A DNA stretch of 64,000 nt from Oopsacas minuta (taxonomy: Eukaryota; Animalia; Porifera): the NCBI GenBank assembly GCA_024704765.1, contig JAKMXF010000313.1, positions 1-64,000 of the forward strand, in the 5' to 3' direction. The first letter of the stretch is position 1. Each line of letters opens with the position of its first letter. Positions 25,400-38,089 of the stretch are shown here, piece after piece. Below the pieces are notes generated by a model, which saw only the letters and a program-made list of their open reading frames with translations, was not told the DNA's origin and did not search any database. A program made the translations under genes and the position numbers.

Positions 25400-27037
25400 G
25401 TCCTATACTTGCTTGTTCAATTTTGAGTGCTTCGCAACTTCAAAAAGGAAGGTGATGTGACGCGACTGTGCAAATTGCCCAAGGTGGAAAAAGCATCCTT
25501 TGATGAACGTCATAGGCCAAACTTATTTGTAAGTATTAATCGCTGCTCTTTCAAAATCCACTAAAAGGCACTGGATTAGAGTCAGGACATAACTGTCTAA
25601 TCACCTGCCACATTCTCGGTAATATACAGAGCTCTTCCCTGGAAGTAATATATATATCAAAGGCAATAAGTGTCCATCACGAAAAGGGTAAACTCCTCCA
25701 ACTAGTGTATGCACAGTATAGAGTTAGGGAAAGAGGCTAGGAACCACCTTAAATGTGCCATCTGCCATCCAAATTGATGCAAAGGAGAGAATTTTTGTTT
25801 TCTTCGGTTCCAAAAATGATCATCCTATCAATTCTCGGTCCGGTATCGAACAATAAAAAGCTATTGCCGCCTAATGATTTTATATTTGAATCTACGTGAA
25901 GATCGAATAGAGAGGTAGGATTAGTTGGCATATGTCTTATCCGTTGGCAAAGTTTCTTTAAGCTTTTTTCACGCGGTAGAAGTGTTTTGCCATTTCGGTT
26001 AGTTTCCTTGATGCTTCGTCAATGATTCGATGAGGATTATCATGAGATTCTAGGGCACGTATTTTAACCCCTGTTCCGAAATTGAAACCTTCCTCTTTCC
26101 CAATTTCTTCCGCATGGCAATGTTGGCCTATCATTTTTAAGATAGAGATTCCGACAGTATGGATGCGGTCTTTACAATTTTTGAATTGACAACGCCAGTG
26201 TTTTGCGACATTTGTTGTGCGCTGAAAGTTATAAATATATCCATCATATAATACTTTGTCTCGTCCTCTTGAAGATTTGATCAATTTTAGTTCTGAATTG
26301 TTTCAATTGTGCTGAATTGATACTGTTGTGTTGGTGTCTACTTGTGATGGGTCAATTTCAGATAAAAAGATAGAGCTATCCATCGGTATGATATTATTCA
26401 TATCCACAAAAGCATTTCCCAATCCTATTGCATTTTCTGCAGCTTCTTTATGCAAGAGATCCATATGTTGTTGTCTACTGTGGCAATAATTATGGAGATC
26501 TGATAGTTTCTCCTGTATTCCTACACTATCGACTAATGTAACATCTTCATCAACATTCCAAGATATTATCCCTCCATATTCTTGGTAATCCCCCCAATTC
26601 ATCAATGCTACTTTCACGCTTTCAGAATTCAAGTTGATCTTGTATCCCACTTTCAGGCTAGGTATTGCAAGGGTAACAAAATTTTCATCTAGTCCAAGTG
26701 ATATTAATTGGAGGGGATATTGTGTATTTCGCAAGGGGAGAAGAATGGTTATCAGGACTTCAAACGGCTTCTCCATCAGTTAATAGGTTGATAGGGTGGT
26801 AGAACAATTTAGAGCGTACGAGAGAACAATTCCATTGAGAGGAACCCATTTATTTTCCAAAAATGATCCCCATCGGATAGACAAGTAGTCCATAATGATG
26901 TGCAAACTTTCGATTAGGTACTTAGATGTAAAATTGTTATTATAACCTGATATGCTTATAATTGATTTATATATAATTTGTATACAGAACTGTACACAAA
27001 AGTCATACTCCCAAGCACGTATATACAGTAACCTCAC
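25400..27037 (-). pseudogene. Degenerate FLYWCH-MULE transposase with a long in-frame upstream extension
   Basis: 25958-26284: SSRGRDKVLYDGYIY..HWRCQFKNC..HCH (FLYWCH); 25749-25931: FLLFDTG..RMIIFGT; downstream GCFFHLG motif. ORFs 26303-26776 and 26780-27037 are in the same frame, separated by single stops. Confidence 0.7.
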
Positions 27038-29343
27038 AAATAATTGAGTTCTACAAGTGTATCTATTCGCATACTACTCAAAGGAAAATGCGGATCAGAA
27101 GGTACTAAATTAATTAGCAGGACATCGCGGGACGCAGCATATTTGGATTATTGGACTGGACTACAAAAAGTAAGACTCCAGGGTTTACAAATTGTGGTAA
27201 TCATATGATATAGGCTCTAACCCAGTCCAATTAGGATGCAATGGTTCCAATTGCGCAAAATTTTCAAATCCAATTTGTTATACCTGTAACTATGTTATGT
27301 AACCCACTACATTGCGGACTCTATTGTATCAATTACTTCGACACACTCACACTAACATTAATGGAATTGCCCTACAAACCGATTGCTAAAGGGATGAAAA
27401 ATACATTGAAATCCTCTCAAAAACGAAAAGTTGCATTCTTAATATTAACTTAGTATATTCATTTTGCTTTTTAAAATATATTAATTTCTAATAGACTACT
27501 AAGGAAATCTAATTATAATCCACTCAACAGACTTTCAGTAGAACCCATATTGATATACAGGATACATCTATCATCTATCTAAATTTTTTATGTTAATTTT
27601 AATTTGTAGTGAAAAAGGACTACAGTAATTTGTTCAAATTCTTTCAATAAATTCTCTGCTTACTATCGAAATTTGACTGGAACAGTGTAGAAACATATCT
27701 AAGTACTCAATGTGTTTCCAAGGATTGAATAATTGACTAATGTATTGACATATTACATTCCAATAATGACCTAACCGTATCTAAGGGCTTATCCCAGATC
27801 ACAGGTAATTTTGAATGGACCAAATTTCGTATAGTTCCTGTTTGTGTAATAATATTCAATGCCACTTGAATTAGCAAATCACTAATGAGGGTTGGCCAAA
27901 AGTATATAAATACCATTGTTATTTTTGAAAAATATCAAATAACAATAATCAACATGGCAAACCTGATAAGCAACAAATAGAAGTTAACATCACTGATGAT
28001 TTACTTGACTCGGGCGTTGATGATGAAAGTATCCTCCACCCAACCAGAAAGCTATCTTAAGGTGAGAGTGAGACTAAAGAAGTCACGAAGCAGTCCGGAA
28101 AGAAAACACGGAAATTCTAAATGAGGAAAAGGATGGGAGGCGACCCTAATATAGCTCTTAGTTTTAAAAAGGCTAAGTTAATTAGGGACATAACCAGTGG
28201 AAATACATATTTACAAGAAGGGGTTACTCTTCAAATTATAATAAATTTTAGCTTATAATGTTATAATTAACAATGTATATACCATGTATTTAATCCATTA
28301 TTCAAAATATTAAATATCCTTCAGATAAATTTATTCGATACTCTTAAAATGTAAATAACCACAATTTATTGGTTAGAATTGGAAGTTTGTTAACTGAATT
28401 GAAATTATAGAATATATTTTTGGAACTCATAGATAATCGAAGAGTTATCTAACAAAGGTTAATTAGATTGCAAAAATTTAACTAATTCCATGAATGTTTG
28501 CCTAATTTTATTATGTGAAATTAATGATTAATTTGTTGTCAATGTAATGCTATCATGAGAAATGTAAATAGTTGATATGCATATGTTCAATATTAAATAA
28601 AAAAGAATACAGTGAGCACCCCCCGCGACACTTAGTGTTCAAGTGTTCGCTTGCCGCCGAAAGCAAGTAAGCGTAGCTTGCTTGTATACATAGTTTATTA
28701 ATAGAGGATGACATATATAATTACGTAGAAGTTTTTACAAACTGGTATAGCTCCAAGATCAGTTGACTAGATCTTACTGTATTTGTTAAAACATTTTTAG
28801 CGTCCTCGCAGATTCAGTGGGGGCTATAACCTCACGCCCTATGTTGGTTTTGCCCCTTTTATTGATAATATATGTATACAGCCCACCAGCACTATATACG
28901 ATGCAACAAAGCTGCGTCGTGTAAGGTGTACTATATTTATGTACGCGGTATTTTAAATAAACGAGCGAGTTTCGCTTGCGAGTTACGATCACGCTATTAG
29001 GGGATACCAGGGCTGTCTAAGTTGATGTGCAGATGGTCAATTAGAAATGTTTTAGGGTTATATTTCATTACTTTTGTCGAGATTTTACGAAGCCAAAGCT
29101 CTTCATATATCCTAGTTTCCCAGTTTAAATATGCACTACTTGTATTATTAATAAGTAACTTGCGAGAAATAAAATTAATTAAAGAAACGCTTAAATAATG
29201 ATGGAATATTGTAACATAACTAACAAACAGAAGATTAAACTAAGTTCTACTTGGTGCAGCTACCACATCCCAACCACTGTCCACTTCAATTGGTAGCTGC
29301 ACCGTCAGGAGTGAGGAGGAAATATGGAGAGAGGTGGGAAAGA

Positions 29344-30724
29344 GGAGACTTGACACATTGGCAGTGTGAGCAGAGAGGAGAGTGTAGAGCAAGGGTTCAT
29401 ACGAAGGGAATGGAGTAGTGAAGCGTGCGAATGAGCATCTGCATGCACCTGATGTGCAGGCTACGGTCTGCTGTGTGAGATAAAGGCAGGCATCTCGAGG
29501 AAAGCACGAGACACACAGGATGACTCACACCACATAATCGGTGAGGGTATGCTAACAGCATCAGAGGGTACTGCTGCTGCTAAACTACCTAAGCTGGACA
29601 GCCTGAAGCGGACGATACAGCGTCAGCGTGCATGCGTACTATCAGCTCCAGTAGAGCCTACCGCTCTAGCAAAGTTGGTCTACCTGCGAATACCAGCGGA
29701 CAGCCAAGGGGGAACAGTTCCTACTCTATAACTCTGGGGAAGACGATGCACATAGATTCCTCATCTTCGGGACAAGAGGGTACCGCTGGACGCTACAGCA
29801 AAGCAAGATCTGGCTAGCCGATGACACCTTCAAGACGGTGCCTCTCCTCTTCGCCCAGGTGTATGTGGTGCATGGAGTCCACCGAGGATACGATCCTATG
29901 AAGACCGGTCATCTGTTGCGGAGTCTGTTCGTGCTACTGCCCAACAAGACAAAGGATACCAGCCTGAGGATGTGGGAGCAGATCCACCTACTATGTCCTC
30001 TTGCCCAGCCTGAACAGATACTCCTAGACTTTGAGAAGGGCGCAATTAACAGCTTTGAGCATGTCTGGCCTAACACAGTGGTGAAGTGCTGCTTCTTCCA
30101 CCAGACACAGAATACCTGGCGTCATGTGCAGTCTGACTGCACACATAACCGAGAGCTGGCTATGCGCCCCCTTAAGATACCAACCCTTGAATTCGCCCGA
30201 CCAGCAGACGTCCCCGATCTGTTTGAGCAAGTGTCAATGGACCTCCCCCTTACGTCTGAGATAGGCGAGCTAGTCGACTACTTTGAGAGGACGTATATCG
30301 GTCGCACGCTAGCCACTGGACACCATGTAGCGGCGACGTTCCCAATTGGCCTGTGGAACTACCACTTCAGCACGCCATTCGGACTCCCCCGTACAACCAA
30401 CGCCGTAGAGGCATGGCACCGCAGCTTCAATGCCACTGTCGGCTGCCATCACCCACCATATGGAAGTTCCTCCTAGCCCTCAAGCGTGAGCAGGGCCTAG
30501 TGGAGGTGCGGCAGACTAACTACCTTGCTGGGAAGCCGCCAACCAAGCGGAGAAGGTCCCAACAGAGTGAACAAGTGTTGAAGACTCTAGCTGGAGAATA
30601 TTATTCGCCAAATCATACTAAGATGGAGTTCTTGCAGGGTGTACATATCATTTCAGTATGGGAGCGGATAAACATGTTAATCCAAAGTATTATCTCAAAT
30701 CAAATATATTTGAGGACTAGATAA
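29344..30724 (+). pseudogene. FLYWCH-MULE (Mutator) transposase relic, left arm of the palindrome
   Basis: HWQCEQRGECRARVHT..EHLHAP; DDTFKTVPLLFAQVY; DFEKGAINSF; CCFFHQTQ; RTTNAVEAWH. Confidence 0.9.
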
Positions 30725-30745
30725 TATGAAGATTAACATCCGTTC

Positions 30746-32096
30746 TCAGGCTGAGATGGTCTCTACACTTGTATGGAACTTTGTTTTAGTATGATTTGGC
30801 GAATAATATTCTCCAGCTAGAGTCTTCAACACTTGTTCACTCTGTTGGGACCTTCTCCGCTTGGTTGGCGGCTTCCCAGCAAGGTAGTTAGTCTGCCGCA
30901 CCTCCACTAGGCCCTGCTCACGCTTGAGGGCTAGGAGGAACTTCCATATGGTGGGGTGATGGCAGCCGACAGTGGCATTGAAGCTGCGGTGCCATGCCTC
31001 TACGGCGTTGGTTGTACGGGGGAGTCCGAATGGCGTGCTGAAGTGGTAGTTCCACAGGCCAATTGGGAACGTCGCCGCTACATGGTGTCCAGTGGCTAGC
31101 GTGCGACCGATATACGTCCTCTCAAAGTAGTCGACTAGCTCGCCTATCTCAGACGTAAGGGGGAGGTCCATTGACACTTGCTCAAACAGATCGGGGACGT
31201 CTGCTGGTCGGGCGAATTCAAGGGTTGGTATCTTAAGGGGGCGCATAGCCAGCTCTCGGTTATGTGTGCAGTCAGACTGCACATGACGCCAGGTATTCTG
31301 TGTCTGGTGGAAGAAGCAGCACTTCACCACTGTGTTAGGCCAGACATGCTCAAAGCTGTTAATTGCGCCCTTCTCAAAGTCTAGGAGTATCTGTTCAGGC
31401 TGGGCAAGAGGACATAGTAGGTGGATCTGCTCCCACATCCTCAGGCTGGTATCCTTTGTCTTGTTGGGCAGTAGCACGAACAGACTCCGCAACAGATGAC
31501 CGGTCTTCATAGGATCGTATCCTCGGTGGACTCCATGCACCACATACACCTGGGCGAAGAGGAGAGGCACCGTCTTGAAGGTGTCATCGGCTAGCCAGAT
31601 CTTGCTTTGCTGTAGCGTCCAGCGGTACCCTCTTGTCCCGAAGATGAGGAATCTATGTGCATCGTCTTCCCCAGAGTTATAGAGTAGGAACTGTTCCCCC
31701 TTGGCTGTCCGCTGGTATTCGCAGGTAGACCAACTTTGCTAGAGCGGTAGGCTCTACTGGAGCTGATAGTACGCATGCACGCTGACGCTGTATCGTCCGC
31801 TTCAGGCTGTCCAGCTTAGGTAGTTTAGCAGCAGCAGTACCCTCTGATGCTGTTAGCATACCCTCACCGATTATGTGGTGTGAGTCATCCTGTGTGTCTC
31901 GTGCTTTCCTCGAGATGCCTGCCTTTATCTCACACAGCAGACCGTAGCCTGCACATCAGGTGCATGCAGATGCTCATTCGCACGCTTCACTACTCCATTC
32001 CCTTCGTATGAACCCTTGCTCTACACTCTCCTCTCTGCTCACACTGCCAATGCGTCAAATCTCCAACTCTTCGATGCATCAATTGTAGGTAGCCTC
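30746..32096 (-). pseudogene. FLYWCH-MULE transposase relic, right arm of the palindrome; its 5' end continues at 34594-34660 beyond the hAT insertion
   Basis: Reverse complement of 29356-30621 except for one C indel; ORF 30746-31570; joining across the hAT restores MDPDQPSFRLIRTSKGGEKLLEGGYLQLMHRRVGDLTHWQC. Confidence 0.9.
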
Positions 32097-34593
32097 TAGT
32101 GATGTTGAACGAACATCATTTTAAATAATTGGTTATCGAATAGTTAATCCGCAAAGTAACCGATTAATCGGTTATAATCGGTTAAACTCAATTATCATTA
32201 TATTCTGCCTTTAATTGCTAGTACTCTCCTGTATTTTAATTTATCAAATGAAATCAAATTAGATATAATAATGAGCTAATGACTAATAATGAAGAAATCC
32301 TAAAATCTAATAATTTATTGTTACTTTATCTCTTGCTTCTTGAAATATGACTTTAAGATCATTAAGCTATCAACCGAGTTTTCACTCAACCGTGATCTCA
32401 ACTTCGTCACAAAAAGTCCTGCTGCTGAGAAAGCACGTTCTGCCTCAACGCTTGTCGGAGGAATTGTATTCAGTACTTCCTCTATAGAAGAAATATTTGG
32501 GATTTGTCTCCAGTGGCTTCAAATAAGGCCATTTCCTTTATCAGAGATAGAAATCCAATATCTTCTTTCGGGGTTCTTACATGAGTTGTGGAATTTTGTA
32601 TTGCTCTTTTTAATTGGTCAGCAAGTAATATCGGAGAGCTACGTATTTCAACGTCTCCAATGTCTTCCGAAGTCTCCTGAGAATTTAAAATTACACTATC
32701 GAATTGTTCAGTTCCATACTGTGAATACAATTGTGAAAGGATCATTTTCATTGTCTTTTGCACTTCTTTTCTTTTAATACACGGATCCTCCCTTATCGAA
32801 TTAGGATTCAATAAATATTTCATAACATTGATAAGATTAGACTGCCGCCTCTCGTTAAATCTTTGTCTTAGGTTCTGCAATAATTGTAAGGAGAACTCTG
32901 AACCAACCATTTCAAGTTTCTGGAACATAAAATAGAATATCCCTTCTGCACTGAGTAAATTTGCGTCACGCTGGCATAGAGCAGATATTCCCATTTCGAT
33001 GGGTTTTAAACAACTGCAAATGTTTTCCAACTCTTGCCAATCAAGTTCACAAACTTCCATGTTTAAATTGATGTCGATCATTGCTTTGCATAGTGGTTTT
33101 CTTACAGGTAACAATCGATTAATCATACTAATTAAGCTATTCCACCTAGTTTTGCACTCCATGACTAGATTTGAAGTTTTTCCTAAATCTTCCTTTATGT
33201 ACGACTGAAGTACTTCATTTTTTAATGGGGCTTCCTAAATATACGAACGATATTTCGAAACTTAACGATAACAGTTTCTATATTTATTTTCAAAGGCGGG
33301 ATAAACATGTCTTCATCAATTTCACCGTCATCTTCATCTGAGAAAATTGATTCACCCTCAGTATCTTCTGCACCACCAAGGCCATCATTATATGAGTCAG
33401 AGATAGTCGACTGAATTTGAGATGTGCCAATTGGCTCTTCGTCCGTTCCTTCATCATAAATAGGAATCCTATTCTTGGAGTATAATACTGCAACTACTGC
33501 TAAATGTACCCCGTGAGCCAAACAAAGTTGCTGATGAATATTACTTGGTCTTCCCATCTTCACCATGACAGGGGCTCCATCACAGGTGATGCTAACAATA
33601 TGCTTCTGCAACTCAATATAGAATTCAATCAATATCCTTTCCAAAAGCTCAAGAACCTTCTCAGCTGGCATCTTTCCATAAATACGCTTCATTCCAGGGT
33701 TCCAAAAGTTATTGATGCTATGTATATTGACATTCATATACCGTTTATTTTGGATAGAAGTATATTCGTCCAAGTACACGCTCATCCTTTTTCCATTAGC
33801 AAGTAAAAACTGTAACTGAGAAGTGATCACTCCCTTAACATGATTTGCATACCTCAAAACCATTCTTGAAACTGTAGAATGGTCTGGAATTGGGGTGAAA
33901 CCCTTTTCTTGTAACGAAGAACGGATAAATTTACTTTGGCTGATTTTCAGATAACTGAAACAATCCTCAGCAGCTAACCTAGCAATTACCTCATCCAAAC
34001 TTTGTTTTTTGGAAAATAATGGTAACAAACTTTGAGTACTATGTTTCTTCGAAGGGGGTTCGTTGTCAGAAATGTGATTCAGGCCCAATTGGATGTTATG
34101 TATCAAAAGATGATTTCTTAACCCAGTAGTTGTACTGCCTTTACAACTTACATTCTTCTTACAAATAAGGCATTTGGCTTCTTCCCCATGTTTCTCGAAA
34201 TGTTTCCACACCTCAGACCTTTTAGCCATAATACCGTACAGTATTGTAAGTATAGAAGTAACGATTTATAGAAAAGCTAGAATATTCAAAATTATGCTGT
34301 AACAAATGCGTTTACAGATAATTATACATATAAATATGCGTATCGCCGTATGCCTATAAACTACTATATCTAGCAATTAGGTCTCTAGCCGTTAAAACAT
34401 AATTCAAGAATACATAGAATGACAATTGTGTGGTTTTTTAATAATAATTCCAATAGAAACTTTATTGTTGACCAAAAGGTGAAATTTTGAAAATAACCGA
34501 TTAATCGAAGTAGAATAATCGGTTATCGATAATAAGTATAAATTCAATAATCGATTAAATAATCGAATATTTACTAATCGGTTACCATCCCTA
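32097..34593 (-). mobile_element. BED-finger hAT (Ac/ZBED1-like) transposon with a frameshifted transposase
   Basis: Termini TAGGGATGGTAACCG / TAGTGATGTTGAACG; TSD GTAGCCTC/GCAGCCTC; AATCGGTTA subterminal repeats; VWKHF..CLIC..HLLIH, LDEYTS, TCDGA, CLAH, KTRWNS, PPTSVEAERAFS. Confidence 0.93.
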
Positions 34594-34936
34594 GCAGCCT
34601 CCTTCTAGTAACTTCTCTCCTCCCTTACTTGTCCTGATCAGTCGGAAGGAGGGTTGATCAGGGTCCATCAATAATAGGAAAGTTGTTTAGAATACAAATT
34701 GTATTATGATACAAGCTGCAAAATAATACAGTTGCAACATTTAAATAGAGCTATACAGGTGACTTTCCATGTTTACTGGCAAACATACAAATTAATTTCG
34801 ATCTTCTCCCACAATGGAATTAATACTACGTATGCATTCCTGATATAAATTCATTATCTTTAATATATAAATCATCTCACCTCACTTTGCTATCACAGAA
34901 CTTCTATGTATAGGTTTACGATATCAATACTGTAAC

Positions 34937-36365
34937 CATAGACTCCTTAAATAGAAGGACTAGTATCTCCTATGCTCGGGGCCTGGAACTTGGGTCCCAT
35001 CATATCTTGGGTTGTACACATGCTAAAACCTTCATCTTGGTGTCTAACATGGGGTTTTGAGGGACAAGGAATTAATTTTTTATACTTTTGGCCATCTAAA
35101 AGGTCACCTGAAGGTCATTTGAAGGTTAAAACACTCAAAATGGCAGGAATTTATCTAAAATTTTGTGTATTCTTCTAATCAAATGCAGGGTAACGAGACA
35201 AACAGTCAAAATAGTATACATTGTGATTATATATCAAAATGACAGTTTAAATGCTAAAATTAGCACGAATGAATTAATAAGGTCAGTATACAAAGCAAAC
35301 AAAAGGCAAAAATTGCATGTATACACGGATATCACTGTGAACAGGGATATTACTGCAACTTAGTTTTGAGATGAGAGTTTTTCCTTCCTTCTCAAACAGC
35401 CAAGTTGTCTTTCTTTATCACTATTATCAAGCACAAAGGACTTCAAAAGTATGTTTGACAAAGTAACACATGCTCCTTGAATAATAGACATTGCACTGTC
35501 AATACGAGATAAGGCTTGGCTGAGGTGAGCTCGACAGCAGTGTAAATTGCAATTAACAAACAGTTTGTAAGCTGAATGAACGAAATGAACAGTTGAGATT
35601 AGGGGCACAGTTAGTCCACCCCTGTTTAAATTAGTGAGAAACTCCGAATCAGTTAGATTGTCATCATCATCTTCAGCTGAGGCTGTTGGTTGACTGTACA
35701 AAAAGAATCAAAGTCACCAATTTGATCAAGAGCGTTAGTTCTAAGGTCTTCATTTCTGTCACGTACTTCTGCCGAAGAACTTGTACTCCTAGGAGTTGAA
35801 GAGACTTGCTTTAAACAGGACTTTGGGACACCAGAAAAAATGGATGGAGGTTGGCTAGATCGTTTACCACCTTTAACTGTGACCCATTCACAGTCAAAAT
35901 GATGGTAACAAGCATATATTTGTTTAAGTTGTAACAGACTGGAGCGTTCATTTGGCATAGCATCAATCCAACGATCTCGCTCATCTTCATCACTTGGAAA
36001 TTGTACTACTTTTGTGTATGGTTCACACCTGTAATTTCCACGACATCCAAATACGTTACACTTCTTAGGCATTATAAAGTAAATACCACCACCACCTTTA
36101 AAATGCAGTTGTAAATTGGATGATCCCCAGCACCAGAAATGCTGGTAAAGCTACAATACAAACCTGAAAAAACATAATACAGCAGCATGAGCTACGGACA
36201 GCGTCAGGTGACGCCAGGTGACGCCAGGAGCGGCGATAAAGCAAAAGCTTTCCATGACCTGCCATGTTTATTACGCAATGACGTCGTTGCGTCATGATAC
36301 AGTGGGACCCAAGTTCCGTAATCCGAGATTGCCAGATACTAGTCCTTCTATTTAAGGAGTCTATG
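34937..36365 (-). mobile_element. THAP-domain (P-element-like) internal deletion derivative
   Basis: Perfect 32-bp TIR CATAGACTCCTTAAATAGAAGGACTAGTATCT; flanked by TAAC on both sides; ORF 35653-36072 MPKKCNVFGC..FP..W..ACYHHF..P; overlapping frame NRGGLTVP resembles a THAP9/P transposase C-terminus. Confidence 0.85.
35653..36072 (-). CDS. Intact 139-aa THAP zinc-finger protein (transposon-derived)
   Basis: THAP C2CH signature with conserved P, W, F and P residues; open from ATG to stop in both copies. Confidence 0.7.
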   Translation of the reverse strand: MPKKCNVFGCRGNYRCEPYTKVVQFPSDEDERDRWIDAMPNERSSLLQLKQIYACYHHFDCEWVTVKGGKRSSQPPSIFSGVPKSCLKQVSSTPRSTSSSAEVRDRNEDLRTNALDQIGDFDSFCTVNQQPQLKMMMTI

Positions 36366-37609
36366 TAACTAATAATAAATAGCAAAAAACGAATGCATTT
36401 GTAGTTCATCCATGGTCCAGCTTTTTTTGCTGTTTCCATTCCTGATATTGCGTAGTTCACGATAGGACAAATATGAATTAGATAAAATGGAAGAATGATA
36501 AGGTGGGAAAATATACATTATTGAAAGAGTATCTACAAAATGATCCAAATCGTGTTAAGATTCATTACTAATATTATCGAAAGAATATATAAAAGTTAAG
36601 GTTTATTAATATAATAGCCTTCCTTTAATCCATGGTCCAAGTTCACAAAGTTGGTGTATAGGCCTTATTTAACGTAGGTCACGAATCAGTATATATCGAT
36701 TTGATGACTAATACAATTTCGCCCATAGACTTTGGCTTAGTTGTGTATTTGGCTCTAACTTTTCAATTGTGCACCGATTTGAACGTTGTAAAGTGGAATC
36801 TTCATCATTCAGCGAGTACGATCAGACTAGATATGTGAGTTTTATATTTCGGATGAAAAGTTCGGGGGTGCAATTCTATAGTTGTACCCAACTGTTTTGC
36901 AGGTTGTAGAAAACAATTTATGGTCCAACTGTTAAAATACCTGTGTTCATGATGCCACAGAACCCCGATGAACTAAAACATGCATTGTTACGAGCGCTAC
37001 ACAGAGATGATATAGACGAATTGAAAGTGGCGTGCGCGTACTCTAAACATGTTAGAGAAGATAATGTCGAAACAGTACATAAAGTGCCTAACGGAGACGG
37101 AAATTTTCGAGAAATACCACGAACCGTCCTGAGCTGAAAGATGGAACTGTCCCAACTATTCTACCAGAATCTCCGAATTACTATTCATCTCACTCTGCCA
37201 CCAACCGCACCCGTTTCTCTCGAAATGACAGGGATGAAGAACTTCTCTATCAAGCAGTTTCACTAGATCGAGAGTCAGAGGTCGAAGAAATAGAAGTTCA
37301 AAATTCCTTGTTTCCATGATTTACAAGCTAAGTTACCCTTTCTTTCAATTGCTAATACCTGGTCCACCTGGTCGACGAATATACACTATTTTTATGTTCC
37401 TCATATTAATAGTAAAATCTACTATTTTAGATAACGCATCTCATATTGCATCTGCGGAAAGTCAAATCACACAAGTTAGGCCACTGTTAGTTGGAAACTT
37501 TTTTCAGCTCCACCGCCTACATAAAGTTTAACTGCCGCATGAATATTTCATTATTGGAATTTTTTGTCATTATTTCCCATTTCTCAGTGATATTCACCAA
37601 CACAACATA

Positions 37610-38089
37610 CAGTGCCGGTCAAAAAGAATTGCTCAGAATTAATTTATCCCCAAATTCTTATCTCTATGACTGATTTTCACAATAATTTCTTGTCTTTGGT
37701 TGTGACATGAGGCCTACCCGAAATGCGAGGCTTCTTATCGAGTCAATCAGCCTGTGTTTGTTTAGGATCTCGGCTACGCTTTTTTGGCTACACCCAACCA
37801 TTTTGGCCTCTGAGTATGGTCACATTTTGATAGCAGTATCAGGTTGACCCAATTTTAATGGAATTTCGGGGTTTGAGGGCATTGAAAATTCGATAAAACG
37901 GATAGATTGGAAAAAATGAAATTGAGAAGTTGTGCAAATAATGAGTGGAATAGCTGTTGTGGGTGTTACTTGTCAAATATATAGCTGAATATGGTTTCAC
38001 ATGAAGTCAACTATCTGGTGAGTGTATCCAATTTGATATTTACTATACTGTATACATTCATTTTGAGCAATTCCTTTTGACCGGCACTG
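37610..38089. mobile_element. Tc1-type MITE
   Basis: TA|CAGTGCCGGTCAAAAAGAATTGCTCA ... TGAGCAATTCCTTTTGACCGGCACTG|TA. Confidence 0.85.
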
